Assembly: GCA_014377485.1 (NCBI GenBank)
Contig: JACMPM010000016.1
Location: forward strand, 1,396 to 65,395
DNA length: 64,000 nt
Direction: 5' to 3'
Source of the DNA: Bacteriovorax sp.
Lineage (GTDB): Bacteria > Bdellovibrionota > Bacteriovoracia > Bacteriovoracales > Bacteriovoracaceae
Shown: positions 9,021 through 16,728 of the stretch, one piece after another
How positions within the stretch are numbered: the stretch's first letter is position 1
Layout of the letters: the number at the start of each line of letters is the position of its first letter
Program-made: the position numbers and the translations under genes
The notes under the pieces: model-generated
The model's input: only the letters and a program-made list of their open reading frames with translations
Databases searched by the model: none
Told to the model about the DNA's origin: nothing

Positions 9021-9771
9021 ATAAAATTAAATATTTTTTCATTTTCTTCCAAGTAATAAACGATGCTCCAGCTAACAATCCAGAGAAACCAAATGAGAGT
9101 AAAACACTTGTAAAAAACTCACGATTAGGGCTTTGCATTGTAAGAATCTGAAATGGCTTAATGATATAATAGATGGGATTAAAATCAGCCACAAATCTAT
9201 ATTGTGTTGGAATAAAATGAACTGGATAAAAAATTGGAGTTAAATAAAACAAAAGAGAAAATAAAAAGCTAATGACAAATTTTAAATCTCTCAGAACTAC
9301 ATTTATTGATGCAAAAATTAAACACATTGATCCAACTCCCACTGCTAGAGAAATAATAGGAAGAGGAAGGAAAAAGAATATATTGAGCTTTCCTGGATTT
9401 TTAAAAAGGAAAAGGACAATTAATATAAGAAACGAGCATAAAAAATTAACAAAATTATCCAAAATTTGAGTATAAACCAAGACAAGAGGAGAAACCGGAA
9501 GATTGCGTACAAAATGACTATTCATAACAAATATACTTGTACACATTTCAATGGACTGAATAATGAATAACCATGGTAAAAGTCCTGATAGTAGGAAGGT
9601 GCTATAATTTAAATACTGAATTTTAAAAATAATTGTAAATGCATAGGCCTGCACAGCGAAGGTCAATATTGGATTTATAATAACCCAAAGAAAACCATAA
9701 AATGTATTTCTATACCTAGACTTAAGATTTGCCAGGGTGAGTACATAAATAATTCGCAAATTATTGGGCAT
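9013..9771 (-). CDS. ABC-2 type transporter permease (Wzm/TagG-like)
   Basis: N-terminal LANLKSRYRNTFYGFLWVIINP motif, about six hydrophobic spans, and pairing with the ATPase gene. Confidence 0.8.
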   Translation of the reverse strand: MPNNLRIIYVLTLANLKSRYRNTFYGFLWVIINPILTFAVQAYAFTIIFKIQYLNYSTFLLSGLLPWLFIIQSIEMCTSIFVMNSHFVRNLPVSPLVLVYTQILDNFVNFLCSFLILIVLFLFKNPGKLNIFFFLPLPIISLAVGVGSMCLIFASINVVLRDLKFVISFLFSLLFYLTPIFYPVHFIPTQYRFVADFNPIYYIIKPFQILTMQSPNREFFTSVLLSFGFSGLLAGASFITWKKMKKYLILYA

Positions 9772-9835
9772 TGAAAAATTCTCAATTAAGGCTTTTATTA
9801 ACTCTTATTTGAAAGGCTTCATGTGTCAAGTACTT

Positions 9836-10678
9836 CTAAGGATTAAAAATATTTTTGTAAATGAGAAAATAGAATAATTTCATATCTTCGGGATGCTTGA
9901 AAAAATCCTTATTTCTTAAATCTTCAAGGAATGGACAAACTAAATCAGTATCATGACATTGCAGTTTTTTGATTTTTTGAATTGAATGATTAGGAGAAAG
10001 CAGATGCTCTGAGAGAATCTTATATTTTGAATTATCTAAGTCTGGCTGGTGTAAGCAAGCACCTTTTGATAAAGCAAGATGAACCAAATAATTATCAAGA
10101 CAAGACCATTGCGATCCTGCTTCAACTATTAAGCAATTTTTAAAAGATGCTTTTTTCTCTAAATCTTTAAGAGATAATGCTTCCGGCAGCAGTCCTAAAT
10201 ATTTCTGAATAAGTTGAAAGTAACTTAGAAGATATTTTTGATCTAGAGAATTATTTGTATCAACATTATAATTATAATGTGCCGATATCTTTAATTTCGA
10301 ATACTTTCGTAAATAATTCTCATGAAACCATTTCAGAAAATCATTCAAGAGCTCTAGTGGTGTTTCGAGAAGATTAATATTAAACAATAATATAAAGGTT
10401 GAATTATCATCAAACTGAACTTCGAAATTATTTTTTATTCTGTAATATTCAGACTGATCTTTAAATAAATCAAATCTAGAAAGTAGAATATGTGGAGTTT
10501 GGGCAATTGAGGAGTCAACAAGCTTATTAAACAATGTGAAAAATAGTCCATCTCGATTTAGCAGCATCGATGAATAATTAAAATATTCAGTCAAATAAAT
10601 ATTCGACGAATCATATCTTTGAGTTAAATCGTTTTCAAGCGACTGTAAATATAATTTTGTCTTCACAATTTTTACCAA
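9836..10678 (-). CDS. hypothetical protein (280 aa)
   Basis: Long ORF that overlaps the upstream glycosyltransferase gene by 7 nt. I recognise no motif. Confidence 0.5.
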   Translation of the reverse strand: MVKIVKTKLYLQSLENDLTQRYDSSNIYLTEYFNYSSMLLNRDGLFFTLFNKLVDSSIAQTPHILLSRFDLFKDQSEYYRIKNNFEVQFDDNSTFILLFNINLLETPLELLNDFLKWFHENYLRKYSKLKISAHYNYNVDTNNSLDQKYLLSYFQLIQKYLGLLPEALSLKDLEKKASFKNCLIVEAGSQWSCLDNYLVHLALSKGACLHQPDLDNSKYKILSEHLLSPNHSIQKIKKLQCHDTDLVCPFLEDLRNKDFFKHPEDMKLFYFLIYKNIFNP

Positions 10679-11910
10679 AAAGATTTATAATATTTTTTAA
10701 AATTTTCTAACGGCTTTTTTCCAGACTCACTTTTAAGCTCAAGTGCAAAAGTTAAAAGTACTTTATCAAAATGGGAAAAAATATTTTTCTTATAAAACAA
10801 ATCTGAAAGAGCACAAAATAATTTATCTTGCCCAATATGTTTTTTAGTTTTTTGAATTAATTTAGCCCTATCCTCTGGCGTTCTCTTGGCAACTTGCTCT
10901 AGGAATATGGCCAATTTCTCTGTCTCGAGATAAAGTTTTTCTTTCTCGAGAACTACATCCATACCAAAACAATCATCAGGAAATTCTTGGCAAAAATCCT
11001 TATATCCGCCCCAATTGCTTACAATGCAGGGAGTTCCTTCGGCCAGCGATTCAATTATTGTATTTCCATAATCTTCATCCAGAAAAGTACTGAAGGAAAT
11101 AACTGCATCGTTGCTTTGGTATAGGAAATTTAGCTCTGCTTCATTTTGATGGGGCAAAATCTTTACCTCAAAAAAACCAGAAAGTTTATTTATTTCTTTC
11201 ACGTATTCATGGAATTGTTCGCCAAGAATTTTCTTTGAATTTATGGTCGTAGGGTTGAAATCATCAAAGTATACGACTAGAGTTAAACAAATCTTTTTTT
11301 CCGTATTTTTAGAAATATCATTTAACGAACTAATAAGACATGTAACATTTTTTTGTTCATGATAGCGGCCTGCATACATCACGTTTAGGACTTCACCTGG
11401 CACTTTAATATTAAGATGCTTTTCACCATCGTCTTTAGAGTTAATAGGAAATGGCAATACGTATATATTTTCTTTTGAAATAAAATTAGCTAAAACCTCA
11501 AAATAACATTTAGATGCAACGACAAATTGAATATTTTTCTTTGTTAACAAATGATTAAGTGAAAACCAATTTTCTCCGTATCTAATAAAATTGCCAAATA
11601 TATGAAAAACAAATTGAGTTTGAACTTCTGTTTTTATACTTAGTAGAGCACTTAAAAAAAGGTGATTTGTAATACCAGGATGAATGATAATGACATGGTC
11701 GGGAGTGTTGTCTTTAAATTGAACAATACGATTTTTAAAATCCGAATCTACACTTTTTTCACTTTCAAGATCCATCAAATCAATTTCTAAAACTTCAAAA
11801 GACTCTTCAGGCAGAGAGAGATATAGCTTAGATAAATTTTGAGATATTCGATTAACACTCTGGATGTCTTCAGTTTTGTGATTTAAGATCCAAACATTTT
11901 TTTTAATCAT
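10672..11910 (-). CDS. GT-B (GT4-like) glycosyltransferase
   Basis: Motifs GRYHEQKNV and EDYGNTIIESLAEGTPCIVSNWGGY. It shares the WGGY block with the 774-aa glycosyltransferase. Confidence 0.8.
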   Translation of the reverse strand: MIKKNVWILNHKTEDIQSVNRISQNLSKLYLSLPEESFEVLEIDLMDLESEKSVDSDFKNRIVQFKDNTPDHVIIIHPGITNHLFLSALLSIKTEVQTQFVFHIFGNFIRYGENWFSLNHLLTKKNIQFVVASKCYFEVLANFISKENIYVLPFPINSKDDGEKHLNIKVPGEVLNVMYAGRYHEQKNVTCLISSLNDISKNTEKKICLTLVVYFDDFNPTTINSKKILGEQFHEYVKEINKLSGFFEVKILPHQNEAELNFLYQSNDAVISFSTFLDEDYGNTIIESLAEGTPCIVSNWGGYKDFCQEFPDDCFGMDVVLEKEKLYLETEKLAIFLEQVAKRTPEDRAKLIQKTKKHIGQDKLFCALSDLFYKKNIFSHFDKVLLTFALELKSESGKKPLENFKKYYKSFW

Positions 11911-11918
11911 GTGAAACT

Positions 11919-12827
11919 CTATTTCACAATATAGGGACTAATAAGTCCCAAACTGAACATTTCAAAGGGATGAATTTCGCCATAATATTCATTCGATCTC
12001 CAACATTGATTTGTATTATCAAAATCAAACCACGGAGACACTCCACAGATCATATGAATCCTGTCTATGGAGTCTATTTTTTTACAAAAAGGTCTATGAT
12101 TTTTTCCAGAATCATAAACATATGCATACCCCTGATCCATCGAGAATTCGTCTATTTCAAGTTCTTCACCTTCTGAATCCTTTATTATTTGGATAGAGTA
12201 ATTAGATGAAGTTTGAATCGGAATGTTCACTCTTAAGTTAAGAAATATTAGCTCATCATTATGCCAGCAAAAATTGAATTTAGTTGTTTCCTCTCTTCCT
12301 GCCTTGATTGTTGAAATTCTTGATCGAACCAATGTACGTTCAAACGAATCAAGAAATTTTTTAACATGCAAATGATTCGAAATTGGAGTTCTTTCAACAA
12401 ATGAATAAGTGTCATGATAAGAGTTGCGATAAGAATTTTTTCCATTCAAATCGCCTGTATAAAATGAAGCTGAATTCCCTTTCAATGAACTAGATCCAAG
12501 TGTAGCCAAATGTGGGTCAAGCGATATTTTATCATGTGCTGATGGATTCCAAGTTAAAGAGGATGAAACATAGGGTCCGTTTTCAGATAAAGCAACATTT
12601 CCGTATTTAAACTGATGGAGGCCATATTTAGTAATGCCATCAAGGATTGATTCTATAAGTAATTGAAAATCAAAATTAATTTTTTCCTTTCTAATAATAT
12701 TGGAATTGAAATGTGAAAATGTTTCGATTTTTTTCTTGATATCTGTAAACTTAAAAATATATTCGTGTATGGCCATATTGCCGGGGATATCTGACAGAGA
12801 AATGACCCAACGATCTTTGCTGGACAC
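11919..12827 (-). CDS. putative Fe(II)/2-oxoglutarate oxygenase, aspartyl/asparaginyl beta-hydroxylase-like cupin
   Basis: Pattern CWHNDE..LRVNIPIQT..G.AYVYDS.KNHRP..DRIHMI resembles the AspH/LpxO family (H.D ... H ... R.hL). GTG start in a TAGTG overlap with the PqqD-like gene. Confidence 0.5.
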   Translation of the reverse strand: MSSKDRWVISLSDIPGNMAIHEYIFKFTDIKKKIETFSHFNSNIIRKEKINFDFQLLIESILDGITKYGLHQFKYGNVALSENGPYVSSSLTWNPSAHDKISLDPHLATLGSSSLKGNSASFYTGDLNGKNSYRNSYHDTYSFVERTPISNHLHVKKFLDSFERTLVRSRISTIKAGREETTKFNFCWHNDELIFLNLRVNIPIQTSSNYSIQIIKDSEGEELEIDEFSMDQGYAYVYDSGKNHRPFCKKIDSIDRIHMICGVSPWFDFDNTNQCWRSNEYYGEIHPFEMFSLGLISPYIVK

Positions 12828-13135
12828 TAACTCTCCTTCAAAGTCTGCGGCGAATTGTGAAATTCAATTAGGGAATTATTTTGCAAGTCAGTTAAAAGAA
12901 CATCAATCTCTTCGTTAAAATAATTTGACTGCAACTTCATTTCAACTTCAAATTCTTTGATAACTTGTTCTAATGATTTTATTCCATTAAATCTATGACA
13001 TAAATTTGCTGCGAAACCGTCTAATTTATATCCACGATTATTTTTGCTATTAAAGATGTAGAAATGAGATTTGTTTTTATTATAGTCTTGTATGGGATCG
13101 GCCAAAAGAATAGGAAAAAGTTTTAACTTATCCAT
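12827..13135 (-). CDS. PqqD-family peptide chaperone (RiPP recognition element-like)
   Basis: 102 aa. The segment YIFNSKNNRGYKLDGFAANLCHRFNGIKSLEQVIKEF...EIDVLLTDLQNNSLIEF fits the PqqD pattern (LN..a..iw..ldG..t..ei ... fl..L...gli). Confidence 0.7.
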   Translation of the reverse strand: MDKLKLFPILLADPIQDYNKNKSHFYIFNSKNNRGYKLDGFAANLCHRFNGIKSLEQVIKEFEVEMKLQSNYFNEEIDVLLTDLQNNSLIEFHNSPQTLKES

Positions 13136-13138
13136 AAA

Positions 13139-13309
13139 CTAGTAACCACCACCATAAGATGAATTCGAACCAGTAGTACCTACTAATAAAGTAACTATTT
13201 GTGCAGCAGTCAAAGGGGCTAGAGAGCCAAACTGGAGCTTTTCAGTTTTAGAATCAGCGTTAGCAGTTGCGCTGTCTTCATTATTGTTTTTTGGATCTTC
13301 ATTATTCAT
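13139..13309 (-). CDS. 56-aa candidate precursor peptide MNNEDPKNNNEDSATANADSKTEKLQFGSLAPLTAAQIVTLLVGTTGSNSSYGGGY
   Basis: Translated by hand: ATG at 13309-13307, TAG at 13141-13139. It is absent from the ORF track because it is under 60 aa. The stop lies 3 nt from the PqqD-like ATG. Confidence 0.6.
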   Translation of the reverse strand: MNNEDPKNNNEDSATANADSKTEKLQFGSLAPLTAAQIVTLLVGTTGSNSSYGGGY

Positions 13310-13395
13310 TCATTTACCATAATTCAATACCTATCATTTAATATATTGCAATATTAATTTTAAATCTACAAAAATCTTATATTGACGGACAAACC

Positions 13396-13411
13396 AGCAA
13401 AATTGCTACCA
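13396..13411 (-). promoter_or_regulatory. candidate sigma-54 (-24/-12) promoter TGGTAGCAATTTTGCT
   Basis: GG and GC elements have the canonical 12-nt register (consensus TGGCACG-N4-TTGCW). It lies about 88 nt upstream of the peptide ATG, in the only sizeable intergenic gap of the operon. Confidence 0.3.
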
Positions 13412-13470
13412 CGGAGTATTTCTGCCTCGTGAGTTGTATTTAATCAATTTGCCTCTTAAAGTTGCTAATA

Positions 13471-14139
13471 TTAAGTAAATATTGTTCTATTTTTCATCGG
13501 GTGAACTTCATCCGTAGGGCCCCAGTCAGTATCGGGATGAAAGGCAATGACGTTCATAGATTCGCCATAAGTATTAAACTTGTGTGCAACAAGCGCTGGT
13601 ATAAAAAAACAATCGCCAATATTGAGCTTTTGGCTCCTATCTTCACTCACGCTTTCTCCATGACCTGAGACTACTATTCCAAACCTAAAGCTAGGATGAT
13701 AATGAGAAGTCTGATTTGTATTTTTAGGAAAATGAAGCAAATTTAGGCAAGGCTCCCCTAAGCGACTAGGAGAAATTAACAAAGTATCGCTGCAGCCATT
13801 TATATAATTTAATCGTCCAGTGGGCTCTATAGGACCGCCTACCATATTCAAGCAACTGTAGAAATTAATTTCGATTATCACTGCTTTACTATTTTGATCT
13901 AACTTTATTTTTACTGGTGCTTTTTGAGAAAAGTACATTCCCGGTAAAACATCCGAAGAATAGAATTCATTGCTAATTTTGGCATTTCCTTGTTGAAGAA
14001 AGAAAAATACAGAGCCGTTTTTATATGAGTATTCTTCCTCCCTCCCCATCGTTTGCTTTAGTGCTAAATTAAAACTTCCGATGTCTAGGACAACAGTTTT
14101 AGAAAATTTTTGATTGGTAATTAAAACAACATTCTGCAT
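13471..14139 (-). CDS. cupin domain protein
   Basis: Cupin motifs SHYHPSFRFGIVVSGHG and IGDCFFIPALVAHKFN. Confidence 0.65.
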   Translation of the reverse strand: MQNVVLITNQKFSKTVVLDIGSFNLALKQTMGREEEYSYKNGSVFFFLQQGNAKISNEFYSSDVLPGMYFSQKAPVKIKLDQNSKAVIIEINFYSCLNMVGGPIEPTGRLNYINGCSDTLLISPSRLGEPCLNLLHFPKNTNQTSHYHPSFRFGIVVSGHGESVSEDRSQKLNIGDCFFIPALVAHKFNTYGESMNVIAFHPDTDWGPTDEVHPMKNRTIFT

Positions 14140-14391
14140 CTGCCAATGATCCTATATTTTAAACGATGATTAAGCATTACAAAAATTTCATACAATGCAA
14201 TTGACTTAAAAATAAGATGAGCAAATCAATGGATGTTACTTCATGATCTGAGGACTTTCATTACTCAAATTCGGAAGATAGTTGTAGAAAAAAAAAGAAA
14301 AATATATTACTATTTTTGAGTTGTAAGCCAACTTGTAACTGTTCCTTGCAACAATTTCGACAAGATAAAATTTTCACATAAACGAACCTAA

Positions 14392-16692
14392 ATGAAATTT
14401 AAAAAATTAATAAGTAATTCAATATTAAAAAATATAATGATCGTTTTAGGTATTTTAATTGTATTTGCATTTTTTGCAAACCCTAGGTTTTTATTTAATA
14501 AAACTGTTTTTTATAATTTTCAAAGTAGAGATATCCAAAGAGGATTCAGACTTTTTAATGGGCATCCTATATTCTACGGTCCAGAAATGACAGGTGGAGG
14601 AAATCTCCCAGGGCCTTTATATTATTTTTTAATAAGTATTGCTCTGCGTTTTAAGGGTGGTTGGATCGGTGTATGGTTAATGCAATATATTCTCGCGTCA
14701 ATATCAGCAATTATTGGTGCATATTATTTCTGGTCTAAAACTTCTAAGATAATTTCATTAACGTGGATAATTTTTTTTTCCACGGCCTTATTTACTTCGT
14801 TTTATATAACGCAATTTTTAAATGTTAGCTCAATGCTATGTTTTACAGTAGCAGCCCTAGTGTTTATCAATAAAGCATTTACAGAAGATGATCTGGAAAA
14901 AAGGAACAGAAATTTTATTCTTGCATGCTTCACGATAGGACTCGGAATTCAACTTCACCTCTCAATCATCTGCTTAATTTTTGCACTATTCTTTATGCAA
15001 TTTTTCGCATTTAAGCTTAAATTGGTACCACTGCCGTCTAGACCTGTTTGGTTGGGACTATCGGCTTTCATGCTACCAATTATTCCTTATCTCACTTGGT
15101 TATTATTTTCAAAACTTGGCGCACAATTTGGAGTGCCAGCTTTTTACGCTGGTGCTACTGATCAAGCATTTGCAAGCAACGCTTATCTGTTAAAACTAGG
15201 GATGAATGAGCCATGGTCTAAGATTTTAATAGATTCGCTCAAAAAAATTTTTATCACTTTTCCGTTACCTTTATTTCTTTTGATTGCTGTACAATTATTG
15301 TCCAGAAGTAAGATGAAGGTCGCCAAATTTAAACCAATATTGATTTGCTTAATTTTTGCTTTTGTTCCATATGCATTTTGGTATTTCTCAACCCAGGCTT
15401 ATCGATATTCAATGCCTTTTTATCTTTCTTTAATTTTTATAACTATGTTTTTTTTAAACGATATAAAAGATTCATCTAAAAAAATCATGATTTTTAACTC
15501 CATTGCACTTTTTGTGCAAATTATTATTTCATTTTTTGTTCTTTTTTATTCTCCAAAAATAAATATTCTTGGATTTTTAATATCTAATACCGCTATTGTT
15601 ATTTTAATTACACTATTTGTATTTTTTATTGAAAAAAACAGATGGAAAACTGGACGTGGATTTATTTTAAGCCTAATTCTCGCGCTTACTTTGCAAAATG
15701 ATCAGAAATATCTCCATCAATCTATAGGTGAATTCGTCGGGTATATGCCTAACAAGTCAGAATGGACTGATATCTGGACTACAATATTCAATCAAACTGG
15801 GTGGAGTTACGAGGAAGCAAAAAATAAAATATATTATATAGACCATCATATAAGTCAAGATCCTGAATTGTTTTTAAGAAGCTTTAATTATCACAAGGAG
15901 CTTCAAAAAATACTACTCTCTCCGGATGGTTTTTTTGTATCCTACAGTTATGGTAATTCTTCAAGAAACCGTGAAGGGGGTCTAGTTAAGCCACAGGATT
16001 GGCTTTTAAAGCAAAATCTTCATCTAGATATAATTACCGCCTTAAAGAATGGTGAAATTAGGCTTGGTGAAAATATTTCAAAGTTAAATTTAATTATTCC
16101 CTTCTGGGTAACCAACTCAAATAAAATACCTAAACATTTTCACAATGTCGGTGAGGGATATCAAGCTTCTGAAGATGATAAGCGTTTAGCAGAGGTTCCA
16201 GAAGATCAAGGTATAAAAAAAATTGGTCCTAATACGTTTTTATTTAAATGGAACGAAAGCCCTGACAAGAATTCCTTTTGTTCAACAGGAGCAATCGTTA
16301 ATGTAATAAAAAAAAATAAAGATTATCAGATTAATATTAAAATTATTGGTTCTACAATTTCTCAAATGACTCCATGGGTGAGTCCAGCATGGACGCAAGC
16401 CTGGATCTCCCCTTATTTAGAAATAATGTGTGATACACAAATAAAAAGATTTATCATTTCGGAATCTGTTGGCTTTAGACGTAAATATACTCATAACAAA
16501 TGGGATCCATTGTTTACGGGAAATAATTCTATCATTGGTCCTTTTGAAAAAAATATTAATTTTTCCTGTAACGGTCCAATTACATTTTTGCGACTTGGGA
16601 GAAAAGGGTCTACGGTTGATAAAATTAGAAGTGTTAAAGAATTACCTCCCAAAAGCTTAGAAATTAATTTGAGAACATACAAGTTTATTTAA
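14392..16692 (+). CDS. polytopic membrane protein, GT-C (ArnT/PMT_2)-like N-terminal half plus ~300 aa soluble C-terminal domain; paralog A
   Basis: More than 10 hydrophobic spans. The loop motif FYGPEMTGGGNLPGPLYYFL resembles the PMT_2/ArnT first loop. Full-length paralog of 18194-20500. Confidence 0.4.
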   Translation: MKFKKLISNSILKNIMIVLGILIVFAFFANPRFLFNKTVFYNFQSRDIQRGFRLFNGHPIFYGPEMTGGGNLPGPLYYFLISIALRFKGGWIGVWLMQYILASISAIIGAYYFWSKTSKIISLTWIIFFSTALFTSFYITQFLNVSSMLCFTVAALVFINKAFTEDDLEKRNRNFILACFTIGLGIQLHLSIICLIFALFFMQFFAFKLKLVPLPSRPVWLGLSAFMLPIIPYLTWLLFSKLGAQFGVPAFYAGATDQAFASNAYLLKLGMNEPWSKILIDSLKKIFITFPLPLFLLIAVQLLSRSKMKVAKFKPILICLIFAFVPYAFWYFSTQAYRYSMPFYLSLIFITMFFLNDIKDSSKKIMIFNSIALFVQIIISFFVLFYSPKINILGFLISNTAIVILITLFVFFIEKNRWKTGRGFILSLILALTLQNDQKYLHQSIGEFVGYMPNKSEWTDIWTTIFNQTGWSYEEAKNKIYYIDHHISQDPELFLRSFNYHKELQKILLSPDGFFVSYSYGNSSRNREGGLVKPQDWLLKQNLHLDIITALKNGEIRLGENISKLNLIIPFWVTNSNKIPKHFHNVGEGYQASEDDKRLAEVPEDQGIKKIGPNTFLFKWNESPDKNSFCSTGAIVNVIKKNKDYQINIKIIGSTISQMTPWVSPAWTQAWISPYLEIMCDTQIKRFIISESVGFRRKYTHNKWDPLFTGNNSIIGPFEKNINFSCNGPITFLRLGRKGSTVDKIRSVKELPPKSLEINLRTYKFI

Positions 16693-16728
16693 AGAAGATA
16701 TTCATACTTCAAGATATAGATTTTTTTA

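Noticed and set aside
1724-13309. Calling the locus a canonical mycofactocin or PQQ cluster
   Set aside because: I recognise no MftD/MftE-like or PqqB/PqqC-like genes. The peptide (56 aa, ...YGGGY) differs from MftA (...GVY) and PqqA (E-x3-Y). The similarity is one of logic only.
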